Assembly (NCBI GenBank): GCA_040143965.1
Contig: JASJQH010006903.1
Span: 1-45,088, forward strand
Length of the DNA: 45,088 bases
Direction: 5' to 3'
From: Basidiobolus ranarum
Lineage: Eukaryota
Shown here: positions 1-10,977 of the stretch, one piece after another
How the letters are laid out: each line of letters opens with the position of its first letter
Position numbering within the stretch: the stretch's first letter is position 1
The notes under the pieces: model-generated
Databases searched by the model: none
Seen by the model: the letters and a program-made list of their open reading frames with translations, nothing else
Told to the model about the DNA's origin: nothing
Program-made: the position numbers and the translations under genes

Positions 1-198
1 TTCAAGCTTGAGCTAGGAGCCCCAAACTTTGCTCACATGTTCCTGGGATCATCATTAACACATTCTGCATGCTAGTTTGTTTACATCTTGACAAAGCTAT
101 AAATGTCAACTTTCTACTCAATAAATCAATAAGTGAAAACCACCAATTCCTCTGATTCTCCAAACCACTTCCAACAGGCTCCCAAATACTTTAACAAT
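1..198 (-). repeat. Repeat copy A (inverted relative to 1697-1893; runs off the window edge)
   Basis: The reverse complement aligns to 1697-1893 with about 43 differences in 198 nt (~78%, hand count, one gap). Confidence 0.9.
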
Positions 199-297
199 TA
201 TGAGGTCCCTGAATTCATTTGGCAGGCTCCCAAGTAGTGTCATGACTGTGTCATCTTCATTTGGAGGTTTGCCAATGGCTGAGAGCTGATATGCCAT
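193..297 (-). mobile_element. Ty1/copia gag (UBN2/Retrotran_gag_2-like) fragment
   Basis: The minus strand reads MAYQLSAIGKPPNEDDTVMTLLGSLPNEFRDLIIV, matching the copia gag pattern QLxxIGxxxxDxDxxxxLLxSLPxx[FY]xxL. It is below the ORF-track length cutoff. Confidence 0.75.
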
Positions 298-1696
298 GGC
301 ATGGCATGGATCTACTTTATATATTAAGATCTAAAATCACATAAATTTGTCTGAATTGTGAATAATCTCTATTGAACAAATTGCCTATTAACTAGAATAA
401 TACTTCAACATAATCAATATTTTCTTCCATCAAGGTTAATTGGAGCTTAGCAGCCTGTGCAGGTATTAGAGATGCAGGAATATCTTTAATTAAATGAACT
501 ATATGAGTGAGTTCTTGGAAATTTGCAGTAAAGAACTTGATACTCTTCTAGCTTCACTATGAAGTACCTCCATTTCCTTCCTTTGGCCTTATGGGAAGGT
601 GATGTTGGTGTTCATGGAGTTGCAGGGTCAGTTGTTGATGTTGGTGCAGATATGGATTGTCATGATTCAGATCTTGCCATACTCATCCACTAGAAATGGA
701 ATTCTTCTATTAGTAGATTATGGCATTAAATCTGCTATGCCATCCTTTCTTGTCAATCTTGTGCTAGTTCATCCAGGTTACCTTGTATGAAAGTCATGGT
801 CTTTGGAATATTCCATGAAGCCTGACCAATCATATCATCCCACATAGAGTATATTTCTGCCAAGACCTTCCATGGAGGGTCAACTGGTCATCCTCACATC
901 ATCCCCATTGTATTGGTCCTTGCCATCTCCAACACCCCAACACTTGAGCATGCCACAGAATATTCCCTGTTTAGTATATTATATTTCACCCTGCAATGGA
1001 TTTATATGCTCCCTGTTTTCCTTGATCACACCTTAGTCTGATCAATGCCAGTTATCTATAAAGATTCTTGCAAAGTATCTTCCCTGTCCAGTCTTGCCTT
1101 GTGTTCTACACTAATGTACCCTCCTCCTTTCTAGCCTCTTGTCTCTTTTCCAGTCCTTCTGGTATTCAGATGGCTTGACCCAAAGGGATTAAATTTATGA
1201 TGGTCTTCTTACATCATTACTTCTGAAATTTTATTTGAGGCTACAATCTGGTTTCATTCTTAGGAAAGATGAAAGAGAGACTTTCTGGTGAGATAGATGA
1301 AGATACACAGTTCTTTTGTTTTGGTCATGGCATAATATTTTCAAGTGGTAACACTGCCACTCTTGGTGACACATTTTTTGATTGTAAGACAGGGATATTT
1401 TGGCTGAATACTTTATGAAGATTTGCACAAATTAAGAAGCTTATTCTTATTGTCAGCAGTAGCAAAAATCAGCTATTTGCCAAGTATCAGTGTTATTCAC
1501 AATTTTCAGATGTTTTCAATTTTTCCTCCATTGTTATATTACCAAAGCATCTTAATATTGTAGAAATCTGTCTGATTAGTCAAGTATGTGTATACATAGA
1601 GACCAAGCATGACACAATGCTGGTATCTTTTGATTCACTATAAGGCTGGAACACATGGCCCAAAATGCATTTGTAAAGGAGTAAACCATTTGAAAT

Positions 1697-1893
1697 ATTG
1701 CTAAAATATTTGAGAGTTTGTTGAAAGCAGTTTGGAGAATTAGAGAAGTTGGGGTTTTCACTTTTTGATTTATTGAAGTGAAAGTTCCCATTTATACTTT
1801 TGTCAAGATATAGGCAAATAAACATCTAGAATGTATTAAGGAGAGTCCCAGGAAAATGTGTGCTATGCTTGGGGCTTCTGGCAAAAGTTTGAA
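1697..1893 (+). repeat. Repeat copy B (homologous to the reverse complement of 1-198)
   Basis: Shared blocks include gtttggagaat, ggttttcactt, ttgatttattga, tttgtcaagat, tcccaggaa and ttggggct. Confidence 0.9.
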
Positions 1894-4771
1894 AAATCCT
1901 CACATTTGAGAACTTATACATTGGTAAAAATATTCAGAGTAAATACCAATTGAGAACAATGGATAATATCTTAGTGAAATACAGGATGACTTAGTTCCAA
2001 GCTATATATGACCAAATAGAAGCTTAGGCAATGCTAATTTTAACAAATGCCAGCCAAAACAGGTATTTTTGCAGAATTATTAGAACATAAAAAATGCATG
2101 CCAGAAATTTAGGATCAATACTTTGACATGACTAAATACTGTTAGAATACCACTGAGCTACCACACTATAAACATTATTAGATCTGGCAAAATACCAGCT
2201 GACAGTTTATCATGGTTCTCTGATAGGATTGCTACCAGAGAGGGTGGATCCAATCCAGATTAAATCAATGTTTTTCTTGTTAGAGGCATACTATATTACT
2301 GAACTTATCTAAGATCCTGATATCCCAAATGGCAACTAACAAAGCTTTGTGTTGTCTTTGCTATGAGTTAAGTCATTGGAGCTACTTTTGTAATTATAAC
2401 TCTGCCAGAATACTCAAGTGCAAGATATTAAGCAAGCTTCCTGATGAGAATTTCTTCAGCTGCCATTATTTATTTATTGGTGAAGAGATTTTTACTTTTA
2501 TGAGTCTCTTAAGGATTCTGAATGCTTGAAAGACTACCTTTCAATTAAGCCATACAGGTGCTTCATATGGTTAGCTCAAGTATTCTAAACTGCTTATTCT
2601 GTGCTAATATCAATAATCTTTGTCAAAGCAGAAGGTCAATCTTCAGCAGTGAACAAACTTGAAAAAACTCACTAAATAGGGTCTAATTAGTGATATCACT
2701 GGTGGTACTATCTTAAAACATATTTCAGAAATGTAGGAAATATTTGCTGCGCCCATCCAAAGAGTGCCCATACTTAATATTTACTTCGTGCATCCGAAAG
2801 CCATATGATAAGTCAAAAATAAAGTACAAGAACCATATGATAACTCTATATATAGAACCTCTTGTATATCAGAAGTATTTACAACCTGATTGAACGTCAT
2901 TTGCTACATTGAGAATTAATGGTTAGTGCGTAGCAAATAGCATACGTTAATGGACCAAAATAGCCATCAAAAGTCAATGGCTGTAACTGGCTAATTTGAT
3001 AGATTATAGTAGGTAGCTGATTGCTATAGAACCCAGTACTCCTGTCAATTTCTGAGCAATATATTGATTATGAACAAAGCATTCAATGGATTCCGATACT
3101 TATACCATTATCTTTGCTCGATACCCGAATTAATGCCTAGTAAATATGCAGATGAGCATAAATCATGGAGGTTCTACAGAATCCGGATGTTAGTTTTTCA
3201 TCTCCACTAGATACAATTGGCGTTCAGGAAAAAGATGGCATCACTAAGACAGCTCTCTAACCAACAAAAGGTCTCAGAGTGGTATGATGGTAAAGGAGTG
3301 TTAACTACATGATGTCAGGAAGTCTCTTATACTCAAACTCGATACTCCTGAAATCAATTGGGGTTTGTAATCAAAGTACCCAAAATAAGCGTCGGAAATA
3401 GCTATACACACTTTGTTAGAACAAATCGTATGTATAGGTACATACATTAAGCCAGAGTGAACCTTTGGATCACTAAATCTGTTTAAACTTCAAGCAACCA
3501 AACAAAGCCAAACTATCGCCCAGATGCAACAACTGATAGACAATGACATTTGTGTGGTTTCGATATCAGTTTCGATTAAACCCAGATGGAATACTGTAAT
3601 GATCAACTTCCAAATTTGCCTTGAAGCTAAGAGGTCTAGATCTCATTGAGCGTGCATTGTGCCAGATTCAGTGATGTTTCCGCAATAAGCACAGTTGAAA
3701 GACTGGCAACTACTTCTATCACATTTAACGGAGTTCCAAGTTGATTGGACTGTGATAGTCTATAATGAGTGGGCAGTAGTTTAAAAACTCCGAAAGTCAA
3801 ACCTGAATGTCAGTAATGAAACTGACTGTATGCTCCTTCGAAACTAGTACTTCACCGATAAACTTTGTCATCAACTCTCTAGCTCGCATACAAAGATATC
3901 CTTCTCTTTAATAACACAACGACAAGTGACTTTGATTGGAACATCTGCTGGTACAATGGTGCTCAAAAGAGTAGATTGATTTCATTTTCAGAATGCTCAC
4001 CAAATCCATCCATTTATTGATCACACTATGTTGAACACGTCAGCAATGCCACTTCATGAGCATACAGCATATATTGTTGTGCGGTTCAGCACAGCGCATA
4101 TATAGTGGCTATATAATTAGTACGTCTATAACTGTGCTTGTTATGGACTAACTTGGCGAAAGAAAATATCAAATTCTAGAAGAGAAAAAATGCCAGTATA
4201 CCCAGTGTGCCCAATTACTTTCGCTTATTGATTACAGAAGAAGTGAGACATGGAAGGTATGTATCGCTTTGATAACTTGGAACAAGAATAGCTTGTATGG
4301 TAATAGTTGGTGATGGTATTGGTGATCCGAGTGATATATGAAGGTTTTCGTGACTGTGAGCTTGTTCCCAGTCATTTACTTCACTAAATAAGGTACACGA
4401 TCATATCAACAGGTTTGCAATCGGCTAAAATTGAATACTCCATCATTCTATAGTTTTGACATACATTTGAAATAAAATAAATAATCAGTTATGTAGATAA
4501 ACCTCTGTGACATGCGTTTTACTTTCGAACCATGCTAAGCTAGTAGCAGCAGCTAATACTTTATAACTTAAATCGTACTCAGAGTCATCAAGAGCCTTTC
4601 TTACCAGTTTGCGCAGAGTAAACTTTATAAGTAAGCAGAGTAGACGTTAGTTAGTCTTCAGTTCAAGGTAAGATAGGAATAAAAGTGCATACGGATTAGA
4701 TTTTACTATGCTATTCTCAAACGATGTGTCATTAGCTAATGTGGCATAAGATCAAGTTAGGATTCGAAAGC

Positions 4772-6593
4772 ATGAAAATATCCAATCTCGTCTCCAAAGA
4801 GATAGGCAGTTCAAATATGCCAGCACAGCAAAGGTGAGAAACTCCTTTATATTCCCTTCCTATACACCTCCAACACGGCTAAAGTACGATTTTGTTGGTA
4901 GTTATACAGCAAAGTACACCGGGCTTGAGAAACCCCGATCAGAAGCCAGCCATATGAAAAATGAGGATTCAGAGGATTTTCCATATACCAAACTTCAAAA
5001 TCTCGGAGATCATAGGTAAGCACAAATACACTCAAAATAAGATCCACTTTGACAATTTAAGGGGAAGAAATACCCTTGAGTTCTCTTGAAAAACAAGTAA
5101 TCGTACATGTTCAGGAGGGATTTCTCTTTTGCCCGTAAATTATCCATGCTAATCCATGCTTTGTCAAAGCAGCGCATCAGTGTCCGTACAGCATCTATCG
5201 TTGATAAAGACTCCAGTAGTAAGTCACCCATTGGAGGAGCAACGCGGTGTATTGTTACTAGAAGATATCAATTTGTGGAAACAATTTAATTCTATTACCA
5301 ATGAAATGATTATCACAAAGACGGGGAGGTGCCTTTTCCCTTCACTGAAGTTCAAAGCAGTTGATTTGGATCCTTATGGACTTTATAAGATAGAACTGGA
5401 TTTTGAACAGATTTTGCCAGAAAGATATAAATTTCGGAACGATGAATGGGTGGCAATCAGCAACAATGACAATTCGAAGCATCAGCCACAATCTTTTCAG
5501 ATCAACAGCAAGAAGAAGCCGCAATCACAATGTTGGACCACTCGAGAATACGTTCATCCAGACTCTCCACAATCTGGTAGATCTTTAGAAAAAGCTCAGA
5601 CTACCTATGTAAACTCACTCACAGATGCTTCATTCATGATTAGGAGCGTACTGGATCAAAAATGGTGTATCATTCACAAAAATAAAATTAACGAATCGTC
5701 TTGAAAGTACCACCGAGAACAAAGTATTAGAGAAGGGTACGTTTATGGATTATCGCAAAAGCACTTTTGATCCGGAGTTGGTGCTTCCAGAAGGCTATTT
5801 TCCCCTTAAAACCTTTCATAGGTATCGACCCCGCTTACACCTGATAAAATTGAATCAAGCAAGTCATCTGGTGAAGACATTCCTGTTCGAAGAAGCCTCT
5901 TTCATTGCAGTTACTCATTATCAAAATAATGCCGTGAATCAACTAAAAAAGCAACACAACCCACACGCTAAAGGATTCAGAGTGGTTGAAGGTGGTGACA
6001 CCAAGCAGTTTTCCACACGCTCGAGATCTCTGAAGCACCCAGCAACTGAGGAGGAAGTAAGGATGCCTAAACGGTTTTTGACTCTCTCCCCGCAAGAAAA
6101 ACCTGGAAGATACCAGAAAATACTCTCAGAGCACCAAATCGAGACTGACAAGAAACTCATTATTAAGGCGGACCCCTATGGCTTGGCTCCGCTGAATCAA
6201 TCAAAATCAGTTATTCAACTCCCACCACCAACTCCTACAGTAGCTCCTATAGCTTCACAGCCAGGTTTGATACCACCACCGCAACAATACGAAAAATCAC
6301 TACTAGCAAACCACTTCAATCAATTTTGTATTTCAAATACACCATCAATTCCTATTTCAACTCGGATGATCACCAGATATTCTACCCTTTTACCTTCGAT
6401 CCCACAACGTCTTAAAAGCAAGAGCTCCGAAAACTCCGCTTCGATTACCCAGCTACCTCCTTTGGGAACTTCATACGAGGATCCAATCCTTTTAACTAGT
6501 AAAGTTTCTTCCGCTGCTACTTCTTTACTATTATTGAGTGATCGCCCACTCCATTTCGGAGAGACACGTAAATCTCAAGGGTTCACTAATTGA
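4772..6593 (+). CDS. T-box transcription factor (Brachyury-like); predicted exons 4772-4833, 4902-5015, 5173-5576, 5644-6593
   Basis: The spliced product has LWKQFNSITNEMIITKTGRCLFP, RYKFRNDEWV, YVHPDSPQSG/AYWIKNGVSFTKIKLTN, FHRYRPRLHL and FIAVTHYQN...LKKQHNPHAKGFR, the full series of T-box motifs. Intron 5577-5643 restores the frame exactly. The two 5' exons are less certain. Confidence 0.93.
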
Positions 6594-7079
6594 ACCTGAA
6601 GTAACTTCAGTGTAGCCTGAACAAGTTTAACATTTCGACTGCTTGTTCCAACCAAGTCATTTTTCTATCTTTAGGAAGATTTGCGACGTGTAGTTCCTCT
6701 GATAATGAGGTAGCTTAGTATACTATAGCCAGTACTCTACTTTGTATGTAATATTGCAGCATATGAGCACCATTTTTGTTTCAACCTTGATGATTCACTA
6801 GAAGATATTTGTATCACTGTAGATTTGTTATTATAACGTAAAAATACACTCCATGATATTTGCTAATAAAGAGGTATTTTTTTACCTGCACTAGGCCGAA
6901 ACTACATTTGCCTTTTATTATAACACTTAATGAACATAAAGTATGCAAAAGGGACACAAAATGTGACAATTTTTATACAATCGGTAAAATACAAATGACA
7001 CATTATCCCGATGATGATTCGTGTCAGGTAAAATGGAGTAAAATGATGAATAGTCGTACCTTGAAAACTAATAACGGTT

Positions 7080-7089
7080 GTGACGTCAC
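7080..7089. promoter_or_regulatory. Palindromic CRE/ATF-type site GTGACGTCAC upstream of the FIT gene
   Basis: Perfect TGACGTCA core about 90 nt before ATG 7175. A second palindrome, ATGACATGTCAT, lies at 7105-7116. Confidence 0.35.
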
Positions 7090-7174
7090 GATATAGTAAT
7101 AACTATGACATGTCATGGAATCAGAGTAGTATATCTGCTACAATCGCACCCTCTTGAATTCATACTTCTTTACC

Positions 7175-8029
7175 ATGAGCACCCCTCTTACTGAAACTGA
7201 AGGTCGCAAGTTGCGAGCGCGTGAGAACAAAGTCTTTGAAGACCCAAAAGTACAAGAAGATTTGAGGAATGCTTCTTCGTTAAGCAAAAGCCCAAAGTTG
7301 ACCTCTCCAGGCTTCCAACTAATTATCCTGTTGTATCTTGGAACTGCAGTATTGGGGAGTTTGGTGCAATATATTCACCCACTAAGTGACTCTTATTTTT
7401 CCGATAAAAAGAATATATTTAATACTTTCTTTGTGAAGTTTGGTTGGGGTTGGACTTCTCTATTGTACCTCCCATTTGTCACCATAGCCCTTGCACAAAC
7501 CAACCTCCATAAGGCCGCCCCTTTTTTGTTCCGCTGGTTGCTAGCTACTTTATACTGGTATTTCATTACCCAAAGCTTCGTAGGACCTTCAGTCTCTGAC
7601 CGGTTCTTCACTTTATCTGGCGGCACCTGCTCAATTGACGGTGTGCAAGATTCCTTTAGTTGCAAAGTGAAAGGAGGAAGATGGACAGGGGGACACGATA
7701 TGTCAGGGCACTGTATGTTACTTATTCATGCATCGCTATTCTTATGGGAGGAACTACGTATAGCCTGGTTTGACAATAGATTAAAAAGTCGAATTAACGA
7801 AAATGTTACTAGTAAAGTACTTGGAATTGGCTTGGTCAGTTTATGGTTTCTGTGGTGGTGGATGCTTCTTATGACCAATGTATATTTCCACAGCCTAAGT
7901 GAAAAGATTAGTGGAGTACTTTTCGGGTTCTTTTATTGGTTTGTAGCGTATTTCATCGTCTTCCCCTATACACCTTTTCCTGGAACACCAATCGACAATC
8001 TTAGCACTCAAATTGCCTCAGTTGATTGA
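7175..8029 (+). CDS. SCS3: FIT-family (Scs3/Yft2/FIT2) acyl-CoA diphosphatase, ER membrane protein
   Basis: Motifs SYFSDKKNIFNTFFVKFGWGWT, GHDMSGHCMLL and YFHS, plus multiple TM segments. Single exon. Confidence 0.9.
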   Translation: MSTPLTETEGRKLRARENKVFEDPKVQEDLRNASSLSKSPKLTSPGFQLIILLYLGTAVLGSLVQYIHPLSDSYFSDKKNIFNTFFVKFGWGWTSLLYLPFVTIALAQTNLHKAAPFLFRWLLATLYWYFITQSFVGPSVSDRFFTLSGGTCSIDGVQDSFSCKVKGGRWTGGHDMSGHCMLLIHASLFLWEELRIAWFDNRLKSRINENVTSKVLGIGLVSLWFLWWWMLLMTNVYFHSLSEKISGVLFGFFYWFVAYFIVFPYTPFPGTPIDNLSTQIASVD

Positions 8030-8281
8030 AAGTGGGTGGATGGTTCTAGAGAGTAGAGTATTTATTGAGGCTCAACTTCTTGGGTACATAGTAGTCGTTA
8101 ATCCTGTATCTTCACCTTTAAACGCTTGTAATTAACAAATAAAATTGGATTGTAAAGAAATATTAATTGGATTTATGCTAGTATTACAGTCTATGGGTCT
8201 GGTTGGGAAGTTACGAAAGTTATTTACAGTGAATGTTAACTAAGGGTGGGTTAGAAGGTAGGATTAGTGTGTTAATATTTA

Positions 8282-10091
8282 CTACTGCATCTTACAAGGA
8301 GTATTCTGTCCCTTGGATAATTTCGCCAACATTAAGTCACGTTGCTGCTCGATGGTTTGAGCAGTGGCGCCACTTTTAAAGCAACTTTTAAGCTCTTTAG
8401 TTAACTCTTTCTTCCAATCGAAATAAACCAAAAATACTCCCACAACTGGTTTATGATCAGAGCCATACATATCCATGACCGCTTCATATCGAGGAACCTC
8501 AACCTCACCTTTTTTAGATTTGTAAAGTATCCTATCAGTCCAAGAAGGTACTCGTGCTTTGGGACTGGTATCATACACATTCATGGAATCCAGGGAATTC
8601 TTAAGCGGAATGAAGTCACAAATTGGTCGATTATATTCGATATCAATGATTTCCGAGTTGGATGTTTGATTGACAACATCGAATTTATATGTGGGTGGAA
8701 ACAGAATAGGTGCCTCATGGAATCCTTGGAACACAAGATTACTCTGTCGCTGGATATTCAACTGATCGCACTCTAATAAATACTAAGCCAAATTGAATTA
8801 TTACCGACTCATTTCAGACTATTAAAATGGACTAGTAAATGGGAATACGTACGTTCGTGTCACCTTCCCTTAGTTTCCTATCGATTGTCTGTCGGTCTCC
8901 GTTCACTCGATAGTTTAAATCACCGAACCAGAAAGTGTAATCAAACCTTTCACTCGCCAACGACTCTGGGAAGGATCAGTAGGATTAGTAGGATTGTCGA
9001 GAGATTTCCCATGATAGAACATTACCATTGTTGGCCTTGTAGCCTGGGAGTTTGAGTTCACGATCAATCCTTTTGTAATCGTAATTTCGATAAGAAACCC
9101 TTGATTGATGTGCTACAGAGAATGGTTAATATATATATAGACATGTATTCAGCCATGGCCACTAACCTGTGAAATGACTATTGACGAAGAGTAACGAAGT
9201 AGTTCCAAATAGAATGGAAATGCCAACTCCTCCTTTGTTGCCAATTATTCCACCAATGCCCGTTGCCACTTGCGCCGAGTCTCGAGCTTCATGGTTAAGA
9301 GTTGAGTCATCTGAATGGATGCTAATTGATGTTCAGTCAAATACCTTTGATCCAGTGTCGACAATCTTTCCACACGAAAACGGCCAAATGCAAAGCAGCC
9401 ATCGTTTCAGATTTGACCAGTACATACTGGGGACTCAACATCTCGACCAGTTGTCGCTCCCACTCTTCCTTGGAGGGAAACAACACAGATTCTGATATGG
9501 GTCGTTGACACTCCTGAGTGCCAATCACGAGCAGATGGTAAGGATGCCCTTCACAACCATTTAGATAGGGTGTGATGCTTGGGTTGGCATGAGTAGGTTT
9601 CTCTATAAAAGGAGATAAATCCTGGGGAGGTGGCTGATTCGGATTTAGTTGTTGAAATCAAGTGTTTCACATAAAATAACGATCTAACCTTTCCATACAT
9701 ATTCCAGGTTCCGATGAATATTTTAAGTGCCTCTCTATTCAACGTGTATCCATCTCCACCATCAAACATGGTCGAGTGTTTTCGTGAGTGCTTTCCTTTG
9801 TTTACCTTGAGGGCTGAGCCCATGGCTGACAAAAGACTCTTAAATGATCTAGGTATGGTGGAGTGGCGCATAGACCCTATCTCATCGAAATCCACTTCAG
9901 CCACCTCGGCTGGACTACTTCGGGCTGGATATTCGTCAGTTTGAGCTCTCTTAAGATTGGGTCTTCCTGGAAATAGGGGAGAGAAATTAATGTTAAGGAA
10001 ACCACTAGAGATAAAGGACTTGGAGTAAAAAAGTACCGTTCTTCGACTTTATCCTTCGAATTTTGGCTCTCTGAATAGTTGAAAAAATCAT
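8282..10091 (-). CDS. Inositol polyphosphate 5-phosphatase, INPP5E-like, multi-exon, C-terminal CaaX (CKMQ)
   Basis: Motifs IFIGTWNM, IGTQEC, GNKGGVGI...LLFVNSH, WFGDLNYR, PPTYKF, PSWTDRILY and SDHKPV across exons. The start codon is inferred from a phase-compatible first exon. Confidence 0.9.
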
Positions 10092-10977
10092 GGAACGATT
10101 AATTATTCGATTGAAAAGAGACTCCTTGGAAAAGAATTATTTGGTCACTTCTACGACTAACCTAGTTATCCCAAACCGACGTACTTTCTTTGCTACTGTA
10201 CTTGGAACATGAGTGGTTCTTTCTACAGTCGATAATTGGTTAGGTAGAGAAGTGCTACGAAGTTGTCGAGGATTAAGGGTTCTTTGCATCTCTTGTTTAC
10301 GAATTTTGTTACTCAGTAACTTCATCGTTTTTATCTGCTCTCTTTTTAATACATTTCTGGGAGTGAAGGGAGTTTGCTCTGAATTCATGTTGGGTAGAAG
10401 GAAAGAGCAAGAAAACAAACTTGAATATCACCAACCAAGTAAGTTTTGGTTGAAAGAAAGACGAAAGTAGTAGAAAGGTGTTCTTCTGAGGTTTACTTTA
10501 AATAAGTAAGAAAAGTGAATTCTCGGACATTAAAGAACAATATCCATACTATTTCTCAGAATAATTCATTCATTGTATTTTCAAGTTATATGCTATATTC
10601 CGATAACTGGTCCATTTAGAAAATGTGGTGCACATGAGATGAATATTATACAATCCTCCCTTACTGCAGGATAAACGTTATATTACAAGGAGAATTGAGT
10701 CATGATCTGATCAACGATAAACATGGATCCATCTCTTGATTGGCTGCTGATCTCACTTGAAATTAGTCACGTTAAAATGTTTGTTTATTATTATATTCAT
10801 GAAGGCCATTGAAATCACCATTGATATCACTAATTTTATCTATTTACTTCAAGATATAGACTGATTCTAACTCCTATACACTTGCTTACATTTCCTGGAA
10901 AAAAAGACAAGATAAACGATAATTTATAGAACTTCCTTTGGTTAAATAGTCCTAATATTCTTAACTCTCTTTAACAT

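Larger units (their letters stand above)
1..2749. mobile_element. Decayed transposon/repeat block, devoid of CpG
   Basis: Reading by eye found no CG dinucleotide before 2750-2751, while CpG is common afterwards. There are no long ORFs. The block contains a copia gag fragment and an internal inverted repeat pair. Confidence 0.8.

Noticed and set aside
1026-1033. Perfect T-box half-site TCACACCT 3.7 kb upstream of the T-box gene
   Set aside because: A single 8-mer is expected by chance in 45 kb, and it lies inside the decayed repeat block.
599-2529. Short ORFs (599, 1231, 1576, 1580, 2329) as genes
   Set aside because: They have no recognisable motifs and lie in CpG-depleted decayed sequence. 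At most they are relic fragments.
2750-4770. Possible pseudogene in the 2-kb gap upstream of the T-box gene
   Set aside because: I could not support any sustained reading frame or motif.
10137-10470. Two overlapping short ORFs upstream of the 5-phosphatase
   Set aside because: They have non-ATG starts and no motifs. This is probably 5' UTR or promoter, although an extra 5' exon cannot be excluded.
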